This document shows, in pieces, positions 23,337-34,100 of a stretch of DNA of 64,000 nt (position 1 is its first letter; every line of letters starts with the position of its first letter). Origin of the DNA: Somniosus microcephalus (lineage: Eukaryota); contig CM126211.1 in assembly GCA_052327205.1 (NCBI GenBank), positions 153,264,001 through 153,328,000 of the forward strand. The letters run 5' to 3'. Under the pieces are notes generated by a model. That model saw nothing but the letters and a program-made list of their open reading frames with translations. It was not told the origin of the DNA and did no database searches. Made by a program: the position numbers and the translations under genes.

Positions 23337-24390
23337 TCTCCTGGGCGTGGAGCTGTTCCAGAAGCAGTGTTCAGGCCTTGCCTTAGGGCTGCAGTGTGCA
23401 GGGCGTGGCAGCCAAGCAATTCCACCCTCCCCCTTTAAGTGCTGACCGGCGCCTGACTGTCTGCCCTCAATGAGCAACTCGCCGCACCTGCGCTGCGCCC
23501 GCCTTCGGTGTTTGCGCCCTGGATCGCCGGCTTGGCGCCTAATGATAGTCGTGCATCGCCTGCTTTAGCGCAGCAGCAACCTCTTGGGGCGATGCAACTG
23601 AATATCGGCGAAGGTGGCGCTAAGTTGCGCCGGGCGCAAAAGTTAGCAAACGCCATGCTGTAGCACCCCAAACGTGGCTATACTGAATTTCTAAGCCTAA
23701 GTCTTTTTAACTTTTTTTTTTACTTCCCTTGTGGGAATGCTCCTCTGGGCCCCACAACAAAGGTTTAGGCCTCTGCTGCCCTGGGCTCACCTCCCCAACC
23801 GCCCTCCCCCACCCCACCCCACCCTATCACAAGGCACTTCCAAAACCTCCTCCGCACGACTTACCTGAGCATCTGGGACTGTTGTTACGGTCACTGCCGA
23901 TGACCTCCTGCCGCCTGGCACTGCATCCCCACTGGCCGGCCAGTTGTCACTTCCTGAGGGTTACGGATGGGAAACTGACCGGGGGCATGCAGATGAGGCC
24001 CAGGAGTTAAAATCGCCCAGGTGTCATGCTGCTGAGATCAGGATGGTTTACCACCCACCTCGGCTGCGCTGGCCTGATTCCTGCACCAAGTTAAAATCAA
24101 CGTTAAGGTGTCACTTTTGTGTTACTGCAAAGCAGAACATTTTCACAGCAACACTAAAGTTGCCATATAAATGCCTCCTAAAGTTCCTAAATGCAGTCTA
24201 GTGTGTTTCCTCCTCAAGTTACATTTTGCTCTTTAAAGTGACACTCAGCTCTCATGTAAGAACTGTATGAAAATACACTGGCACTAATTTTAAATGATTT
24301 CTATAGAGACTAGCATTCATAAACATCATGTAGCCCATACCATTACAGAACCATCTCTGCAGAAAAATTAACTGCATAAGTCAAACAATG

Positions 24391-24930
24391 GGGATTGATT
24401 TTAACTCGGGCAGGATCAGTGCGTGGGTGGGCCTGACCCGGGCGGTGCACCCGAGCGTTATGAAGGAAATGAGGGCCAGCCGATTGTACTGGCTGGGCCA
24501 CATTTACATTTTTTAAATCAGTCTCTGCGGGAGGGATCGGGAATTGGGGCAGAAGCTGGTTGCCGAGCTGATGATGGTTGTGGGAGGGAGAGGTAAGCCT
24601 GGGGCTTGGGCGGCATGGGGGCAGCACTCCTGCTCCTCCTAGCCCACAAGGACTCCACATAAAATTTTAAAATTTTAACTTACCTTGGCCTCTTCTGCCC
24701 ACCATGACTTTCGGCATAATTTGGCCCCATGCAGATCTCCCGTGTGCTGAAGTTAAAATGCTGTCTTTTAGATTTATAGATTTAAATTAGGCCCCCGCCT
24801 GCCTGAAGCAGGAGCCTTGGCCGACTTCAAACTCGACAAAAATAAAATGTCACCAGGCGGAAAGGGCCGATAAGTAGATTCTGAATATTTTAACCCCTAC
24901 CAGGTGGGGGCTGGAGTTAAAATCAATCCC
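24391..24930. mobile_element. MITE, ~540 bp, with perfect 17-bp TIRs
   Basis: gggattgattttaactc (24391-24407) and gagttaaaatcaatccc (24914-24930). Confidence 0.85.
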
Positions 24931-24932
24931 AT

Positions 24933-25052
24933 AATGTTTTCTACATTACAACAGTGACTACACTTCCAAAAATAGTACTGCATTGTCTGTAAAGCGCTTT
25001 GGGACATCCGGTGGTCGTGCAAGGCGCCATATAAATGCAAGTCTTTCTTTTT
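24933..25052 (+). mobile_element. Deu-SINE-type 3' fragment
   Basis: ctacattaacaacagtgactacacttc...gtaaagcgctttgggacatcc...tataaatgcaagtctttc, similar to the 3' part of the 62790-63190 element. Confidence 0.65.
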
Positions 25053-25771
25053 CAGACCTGGAAAAACTACTCACAGATACAAAAAAAACACATCCCGAAT
25101 TCAAACTGGCAAAGATGGAAGAGAAACGGCACAAAGCACATGTGAACACTAACTAAAACCTAGAGGCACATGCTTAACAAAGATCGAAATAACATAGAAA
25201 GGTACAATACACAAGGACATTGTTGGGAACAAAGTATGAACATACAAATCACATCACTCATGAGTCATAGCTCAGTTACACAAAGCACGTAGTATGATGT
25301 ACAAAACCATTTGAATCATTCTTGTACACACAATGGAAGGAAACATTTAAGTATAAAGATGCACCATCGAGAAACATTAAAAATGAATCAGTACAACCAT
25401 GAGACACATAGAGGAACAAACAAGACAAATACATAACTGCCCATATATCGTCCCACACACACATACACATACAATAGTCTCACAGTCACACACATACATA
25501 AGCAGAGACAAACATTACTGTGATTACTGTTATATAAATAATTAACATAAGGTATATTTTAAATAGGTGAACATCTCTGTTAAAATAGCAGAGTGTGATT
25601 TAACATGATCCTGTATCACTCACAATAGTTTTCAGGCTATAATCTCACACATATATACACGATCACACATGTAAAATCACACATATACATAAACAGATGC
25701 ACATAGGCAGACACATACAGCCACATATTATCACACAATCAATCATAAATAGCCACATACGCAAACACATA

Positions 25772-26483
25772 GGCCTGGAATTTCCTGGAAAGTTTTAGTG
25801 TAACTGTAGAGTAAGAGTGGAGTTGCACGTTTCTTCCGAGGAAATTGCCCACAACTGATTTACTCTGGATTTACGCTGAAACATCACTACACATAAAGTT
25901 CCTCAACCATTTGCACAATCTGCCGAACCCCCACTTAGCTCATTAACGTAACTCCGCACCACCATGCATAAGACCTGGGAATGCAAGTTTCAGTGCATTT
26001 AATCCAGTTCCAAGCAGGTGTAAATTTACACCCAAATTTTAGGCGCAACACAACTCGAAGTACTATTCCTGGTGTTTTATAGTGATTATTTTGTTTTAGC
26101 AATTTTGTAAATTTCTCCTTGCTGAGACCTGCACTGTATTTTTTATAATGCTTCATTTATGGCATCAGAATCTGTTACATTTAAAAAAGTAAAACTTCCA
26201 CAATTGCATTTTCTTAAACATGTTGTTCTAATGTCCATAAATGATACTTTGTTTCAAACTTTAATTTTTGTAACATCAATAAGATAATGAGGGACTTAAA
26301 GAAGATGGATGGTGTATGTTCCGCACTTTCCTTGGGCCCTGATGTTTATGCAGATTTCCGCTTATTTTACGCCAGTATTTTATCCTGATAATTCTCAGGA
26401 AATTTCAGCATAAGTTTGGCAAAGAAAACAGCATAGATTTTGGTATAATTTCGGCATAAATCAAATTGAGTAAATTCCGGACA
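25772..26483. mobile_element. Old MITE-like element
   Basis: Degenerate termini ggcctggaatttcc and gtaaattccggac interrupt the CA-rich tract. Confidence 0.45.
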
Positions 26484-29289
26484 AAATTGTGCACATGAGT
26501 AGATGCCTACATAGTCACATACACATACAATCAAATAGCTAAAAACAAAGATATCCAGAGACAAAAATGAACAGGGACAGATACAATTACAGCAATGCTC
26601 TACCAAAACACACATCATCAACAATGAAGCATGCAGACAGATTTCCACCAATGTCAGAAAGGCAAACAGAATGTCACAGCCATGCTTTCGTATACTGTGC
26701 ATTCCAAGATTGGAAATACCCACACAGAAACACAGACAGGGATACATGCACAAATATTTAACTCACACACAGGCTTATCGCACAAATAACCCAGAAATCT
26801 CTCCCTCACTCGCACGCACACTCCAGTCACAGTCACAAATAATAACATGCTGAATAAATGAAACACAGAAACACAACTATTCTCATAGAACATGTGCCAA
26901 GAACATTAACGCACAAGAAACACGAATATGCAGGAACACTAACAGCCAACATTCAATCACCATATCTAACTACACAGCTAAATGCTGGTATATACAAACC
27001 TGCACACAAATATCAGTAATACCAAATTTCCTTTTTTTAAAAATTGCTTTCCTTCTTTTATCATCTATTCTATCTCTGTTCCTCTGAAATTTTATTGGGG
27101 ATTCTATGTTAAAATGTGTCCAGAGATCTGACAGGTTGCGGTAAATTCCTGAACGCAATATGTGTACCCCTAAAATGTTTTCCATGAACAGATATGGTTA
27201 ATTCACCACCTTAGTTTGCCTAGTAAGATGGTTAGGTGATCCACGTTTTACATTTAGATACTATTGTTGTGAAAATATGTGCATATCAAAAAAGCAACTG
27301 GATCCCCTATCTATGTCTGATTCTCTTTGACTGCTGTCATTCATTATATTGATTTATAGTTTATGACTGAGACACATAAAATAAACATTAAACTTTCTAG
27401 TAAGAAAAGTATAAATATCTAAAGCTATAAATTAGATGAAGGTCGAATGGTAGAAATTCCAGTCAGGGAAGTTCACATACCAACACCTAATGTGTTCATT
27501 TTTACCATAGGCATTATCGCGTTTAATATAAATGGATTAAGGCATGTGTAAAAACAGAGCACAAGAATGTACTATAAGCCAGCTGTTTTTACCTGATCTT
27601 CACCAATCTGAGTTTCTACCCTTGCAAAACAAATTGTCGCTCTCTCCCACATTTGGAATGTACACTCAGATTGTGATGTATTGAGTATGTGGGATGTAGG
27701 TGAGTGTTTTATGTGCCAAGTGTGTTGCTGTGTGAGTGCATTGCCTGAGATAGATCACATTTAAGTTTTGGGGGAGATAGTGTTATGCTGAGAGTGTTCA
27801 TGTGACAGAGTGTTTTTGTGTATTGGTGTGCACCCTTGTCTAATAGCACCTGTGTGCGTTAGAAAAAAACTGAGAAAGATTGAAAGAACTATAAGGGTAT
27901 GAAAGAAAAATTGTGTGGACAGAATTTGTTTGTGTGACAATGTATTTCTGTGTGTATTTTTGTGTTGGAAGAATGTATTTATGTTGGAGTTTGTGTGTGT
28001 GTCTGTATGCCATTGAATATTTCTGTGAGTGTGTGTCGTAAGTGTGGGTAAGGGTTTCTATGTGCATATGCTTGCATGTGTTTGTCTGTTTACATATGTG
28101 TGCTTGTGTATAATGACATTTATGCAAGTGTGTTCCTGGGTGTTAAGACTGATTGAAAGTATTACAAGATGAGAAAATATTTGCACTTGTCTATGTACGT
28201 CTGTCTGAGAAAACGTGTAAGAGTGTTTCTTGCTGTGATAGAGGATTTGTGGGAGAATGTGGTTGTGATTGTATATGAGTGTATTTTTCCGTGTCAGTGT
28301 TGTGTGTGAAAGGAAGACCAATGACAGTATGACAGTGTTGCCATGAATATTTGTATGGTTGTGTCTTTGTGCTTGTGTTAAATGTGTTTCAATATGTGTA
28401 AATGTTTCTTTATCTGAGCATGTTTAATAATAGATGGTTTTATAGGTACACTATTTTAGTTAGGATTCTAGGAGACCCAAATTCTCTGTACCATGGAATA
28501 TATCTATGGATGTGTAGTAATTATGAATGAGGATTTCTCTGTGTTACCATATGCTTACATGTACAAGTGCATGTGTGCGGAGTGCTTACATATTTTGCAA
28601 TAATAAAGTATTTGCATATGTCTGTGTATGTTTCTGGCTGCCTTATCCCAGTGGTAGACAGATGAAATTGATTTACAAATCTGCTCCCGGGATAAGGGAT
28701 TTGGATTTAGTAAATACTGAGAACTGTTTCATGAACACTGGTCTCCCAGAATCCAACTAAAAGAATAGCAGTACAAAAGCAGTTTATGTGTAGGTCAATG
28801 TTCTATGTGTGTGAGGGTCAGTGTGTTTCTATGTGTATTGGTGTGGCTATTAGTTTGGAACATTGTGTTTCTATATCTATATGTATGAGGGAGTCGCTGC
28901 ATCTCTAAGAGTGTTTCATGTGGGGGTTATTCATGTGAAACTGCTTATGTGAGGAGTATGCACAAGCATTTTTGTGCATGTGTGTGCTCCTATGAGAGCA
29001 TTTTATAAACATATATGCATGTATGTGTGTTTGTTTGTGTGTGTGTATGTATATATATATATGTAGAAATGTATATGTATATTTGTGTTTCTGCATGAGA
29101 CTGTATGACTGTACTTGTATGTGTATGAGTACTTGTATAAAGGTGTTTGTGTGTACATACAACTGTTTCTGTGGTAAACATTTTCTTTCTGTTTGTATGT
29201 GCATGTGTGTTTGTCTATTCTGTTTATAAGGGTTTGTATGCATAAGAGTGATGTGCCTTTGTCTCTGAGTGTTTGTGTCTATAAACAAT

Positions 29290-29392
29290 TCACAGAATCA
29301 CAGAATCACAGAAACCCCACAGTGCCGATAGAGGCCATTTCGGCCCATCGAGCCTGCACCGACACATATCCCACCCGATCCCCGTAACCCCT
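29290..29392 (-). mobile_element. CR1-type 3' tail fragment
   Basis: Repeated acagaatc units followed by gaggccatttcggcccatcgag. Confidence 0.65.
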
Positions 29393-30224
29393 ACACCAAT
29401 TGTGTTACTTCAATGTTTCTATATCTATGGAGTCTGTGTATATATTTAAGGGTTCTGTGTTATTGATGGAGAATGTATATACAGTACATGTTAAATCTTG
29501 TGAGAAGGATGTATTTTTGCAAATGGGTATTTTTGTCTGTGACAGTATCTGTGTATTGAATGTGTATGTATAATTTAGGGTTTTGTATGTAAATGAGGGT
29601 AAATATATAAAAAATGATTGCTTATCTATGACTGTTTATACATGTGAGTGTCAGTGCTTGTATGTGAGTGAAGGGGGTATTTGTGAATTTCTTTTAGTGT
29701 TTGGAGATTGTTAATACATGTATAAGAGGGTGTGTCTGTGGACATGGATATGTGTGCATGTTGGAGAGTGTTGTTAGTGCTTATATAAGGGTATTTTGTG
29801 CATGTGTTTTTGTGTAGAGAGTGTTATTACTTCTTGATAAGTGTGTGTGGGCATGTATGTGTGTTTGTGCATGTGAGTGTTAGAGCTTGTATGGGGTACA
29901 TATGAGTGTTTTGTTTGGGTATTAATACTTGTAGTTGTGTATACATGTTTGCCTGTGACTGTAACTGTTAGTACTTGTATGTGTGAGAGTTTGTGTATGT
30001 GAAAATGTTGTGCTTGTATACAAGTACTAACAGTCACATGCATATGATTATGAATATGTGCATGTGACTGTTATTACTTGTACATGAGTTATATGGGTAT
30101 GTGTGTGCACTGATATGTGGAGAAGTGTTAGTGTGTATATGAGTGTGTGGTTTATGTGTAGGATGTGTATAAATAATTGCACATGTGGGTTTTTTATTCT
30201 TTCGCGGACGTCGGTGTTGCTGGC

Positions 30225-30525
30225 ACATCCCTAGAAACTGAGTGGCTTGCAAGGCCACTTCAGAGGACAGTTAAGAGTCAACCACGTTGGTGTGGGACTG
30301 GAGTCACATATAGGCAGATCAGGTAAAGAAAGCAGGTTTCCTTCCCTAAAGAACATTAGTGAACCTGTTGGGTTTTTACAATAATGCTTCATGATCATTT
30401 TTACTCATACCTGCTTTTTATTTCCAGATTGTTTTAATGAATTCAAATTATCAAACTGCCATGGTGGGATTTGAATGCACATTTTCTGGATTACTAGACC
30501 AGTAACACAACCACTACACTACTGT
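30225..30525 (-). mobile_element. tRNA-derived SINE
   Basis: Minus strand has an A-box-like tagtgtagtgg and B-box-like attcaaatccc, followed by the body agggaaggaaacctgc...cctatatgtgactccagtccc. Confidence 0.7.
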
Positions 30526-31015
30526 GCCCTTTCTATTTGTGAATGTATGTGCATATAAAACCAGACTACATAAAATTGGGGCAATCAACATTCAAAATAT
30601 CACTTAAATGATCCACAAAGGGAATATGTTTTAAAATTGGAGTAATCTCCAAGGCTTGAACATTGCTGTCCCCTCTGAGAGGGCTCATCCTACCAATCCC
30701 ACACTCCTGCCCTCTGACTAGTTCCCTTTCTTGCTCTGGTGCCCAACCTCCCTATTTCTCTCCATTGTAACCTCCATTGAGACGTTTCTTGTCATCGTCC
30801 ACTTTATAGACACTCCTGTGGTCAGTGTTCCTCTGAACTTTTCTCTTTTCCTTCTAGCCTAAATGTGCTACCTTACACACATCCTCCTCATATCTCCACC
30901 GTGCTGAAATCAAAGTGGTAATTTGATTCAGCACTCCAGGGGAGTACTGGATCAGGCAATCACCCCTCAATATATATTTAAACATAACCTTATTTCCCAG
31001 GTTTTTCCAATTGGC

Positions 31016-31150
31016 CTTTCTGACTAAAGGTCATCGACCTGAAACGTTAACCCTACCTTCCTCTCTCCACAGATGCTGTCTGGCCTGCTGAGTTTTCCCG
31101 GCATTTTCTGTTTTTATTTCAAATTTCTACCATCTGCCGTATTTTGTTTT
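31016..31150 (+). mobile_element. Penelope-like terminal repeat with degenerate hammerhead
   Basis: ctgacta-aggtc-atc-gacct-gaaa-cgtt-aacc; the CUGANGA box is mutated to CUGACUA. Confidence 0.65.
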
Positions 31151-34100
31151 TTTCTCCTATATCCTAGTTTAGTTCTGATGCCACGCGGACTATTGGTACG
31201 CTCTTGTGTTTGCTCGCTCTTTTTTGAAGTCTATATACCTTTATCCCTGCTGCTATTTATTTTAGTTCCATTCTACGCTGACACTGGAATCTTCCACCCA
31301 TTTCAGTGAGGCGTTGATTTATTTTAAACACCATATATGCATATCCAACGTTTCCCCCAGAGAGGCTGCGAAGATGTGAATCTCTCTGATATTGCAGACT
31401 CTGTCATCTGCCCAGGTTACACTTGCGCTGGTTTACTGTTTGGCCAGCGCTCAGACGATTTTATGTAGATTTGTATAGTTGGAGTCAGAGGCTGTGTGCA
31501 GAGCACAATAATGTTTTGTAACGCAGTCAGGATGCTCTAACCTTCGTTCCAGTGATTTAGATTTTGCCTACTATTTGTGAGTGCTTATCTTGCTCTGTAT
31601 CACAATAATTGCAACTCGATGCACTCCCACCCGCTTCCTGCCCTGTCTTTGCTGGGAGGCTCTGCTCTTCTGTCACCGTGGCCGATATTCGGCAGCTGCA
31701 GTTCCCAGTGCTTGCCCTGGTTCGTGTTTGAAGTCATTGGATGCTGGAGTCCTGCGCATTGCCCTGACAAGCCCGAGATGTTTGCAATAGACCACTTATA
31801 ATGTAAAATATCCCCATGTCACGGTTGTAGTTATAGTTTGGTGTGGATGCAGTGAAGTTCGGGGAAGGTCCAAGATCGAAATCATTTGGTTTTGGTGTTT
31901 ATCTTAAGAGAACAGGTTACTTTGGTTCTCCATTTCTCAGCAATCCAATTTTATTAGGATTTACTATCATTTGTGTGCGGGAATCCCTCGGGAAATAATG
32001 CTTTGATTAATGTAATCCTAGGCAGGGATACGCCACATGCCCAGCTCCCTGGGGACGAGCCCTGTTTGACAAACAAAAACAGAGCGGCCATGCCGAGTGC
32101 AACTATTACAATCCGCACCCACTCGCGGAGACGCGTATTACAACAATGAGAAGTAAAAGAGCAGCGGCGGGGGCTGCAACCGCTGCGATCCGCACCCAGG
32201 CTCTGACAGCGGGCTCCATGCAGTCTCCAACCGCACGCTCACACTTAACCGATGGCAACTAACAGGAAACAGCGACAAAAATTCGCGTTGACTTAATACG
32301 TGTTCGAAATTCCTCCCAGGCTGCGTTGAAAAACAGATACATTTGAATATTTGGAACAATATTTCACGTCAAAGAGCCTTGCAACCGCTGCAAAAAGCTT
32401 ATTTATACAAGGATAATGTGTATATTCCAATGTCACGATTGCATCAAATAAAACGTGACAAGCTGCAGTCACATGACAGGTAATATGCACCTTCCAATAT
32501 CAAATCGATGTGAAGGTTTTAAAATAAAATAAATGGGCATGTGTTACAAATGCCGTCACCTGCAAGTAAACCAGAACCTGTGTGTAAAACACCAAAAGAA
32601 AAGCATTGCTATTGAGCTCTAACTATTACACGCCGTTACTGGCTCGGAGATAGGCACCATACACACAGATCTAATTCAAACTATATAAAATGCACAGGGC
32701 CTCTGGGAGACATAATACAGAATAGGTGACATACACATCCTGATCTTGAAACAATTGAAATATGTCCCCGGATAGATGCTATCCGGCTTCTACCATCGTC
32801 GTATGTAACCCCTAATACAAAACCAATATAAATACAGCCAAGAAACAGGGATGAATGATAAGCATATTCTAACATGAAACCAGTACACAACAAAGCACCC
32901 AGAGCAGTCACACTGTGAAGTAGCTATTGCAATCTACCACCAGAGCCCCATTCTTCAAAATAACATTCACGTTTTTCTATGACATAAAATAGCAAAAGGG
33001 AACATACCTTTTGCTATCCATATTTATTCCCTTTTAATATATGCTAAGTGTACACTGCTATATAAGTCATAAAACGAGGCTATATCGCACTAAAATAACA
33101 GCAATCCAAATTAAAATCGAACATGCTAAGATCCAGGTCTGTGCCGACCATTCGCGGTCCTAATCATTTATTATTTAACACCAAAATATATCTTTCAAAA
33201 AGATTTCGCGGCTACACAGTTCATGTTCGTGTTTGATTCGGTTTTTATCTTGTATAAGATTAAAACCCAATACGGTCGGGAATGGTTGGGGGTGGGGGGT
33301 GGGGGGATGGGGAGAGAGAAGGGCCCCCCACGTAAAGCTTCTATAAAATGCAATGAGATGGATATCTGTGTGCCTCTTCGGCCGATAACTGTTCTGATGC
33401 ACAGTTCCCAGCCTAGCAATTAATAAAATCTGATATATTGATATTCAAGAGACACCCGGACTGTCACTAATGGTACAGGTTATATCACACGAAGGGAAAA
33501 TCTGACTGCATATTTAGTACTTTATTTTCTGAAAACTCTAAGTATAACTTTTAAAAATAAAACCATTCAAAACATAACACAGTACGCAACAATGTTGATT
33601 CAGTATAATAAGCTTCTCATTTAGCGCCTAATAAGCGTTCAATAATTACTTACACCGTTTGAAAATGATTCACACCAAAAGTTTTCACTATCTTCCGTGT
33701 ACTATAGTTTTATATCTTATTAAAATGTTTCCTATGGCACTTGTCCACAACCTGAAACATACTATAACTTTATATGAAGCACGCGATCAACTTTCTTAAT
33801 ATTATAATCCTACCCACTGCCAGATTATAAAATAAACGTGTATGTCGCAATAGTTGATAGTCAATGTAAACCGGAATTTAGATTAAATACACGGTTAGTG
33901 AATCAACAAGTACATCTGTGTAACAACATCTTAGCAAGTCCCGAAAACAGCGGAAATGTTTTGCATGCTGACGTTTCAACACTTACTTTTCCAAAGTGCG
34001 CTTTTGTGTTGAGCTCGTATGTCGAAAACATTGTTCAGCGGTTTGATTCGTTTCCCAGTCACTGGCAATCAATTAAAACTATGGAAAGTTGCAGCTTCAA

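Larger units (their letters stand above)
19328..23697. mobile_element. Full-length PIF/Harbinger DNA transposon, 4370 bp
   Basis: TIRs ggcctagaaattcagt (19328-19343) and actgaatttctaagcc (23682-23697), 15/16 match. TAA is duplicated at 19325-19327 and 23698-23700. Contains convergent transposase and Myb/SANT genes. Confidence 0.95.
19045..24104. mobile_element. Older MITE-like element hosting the Harbinger (own sequence 19045-19327 and 23698-24104)
   Basis: Starts ggagtgattttaac, ends gttaaaatcaacgt; reads continuously across the Harbinger as gaag-taa-gtctttttaac. Confidence 0.55.
25050..30190. repeat. Long cryptic low-complexity tract: CA-rich (~25050-27010), then TG-rich (~27670-30190)
   Basis: Degenerate acac/atac runs switch to tgtg/tatg runs; ORFs there are His/Thr- or Cys/Val-rich artefacts. 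Interrupted by small insertions. Confidence 0.8.

Noticed and set aside
23337-23477. N-terminal extension of the Myb ORF given by the ORF track
   Set aside because: Non-ATG start; the ATG at 23336 directly precedes the SANT domain and is mirrored in the 10127-11003 derivative.
26367-30258. Many His/Thr- or Cys/Val-rich ORFs
   Set aside because: Translations of CA/TG low-complexity DNA.
30927-30947. REST/NRSE-like site (ttcagcactccagggg)
   Set aside because: Only the left half-site matches.
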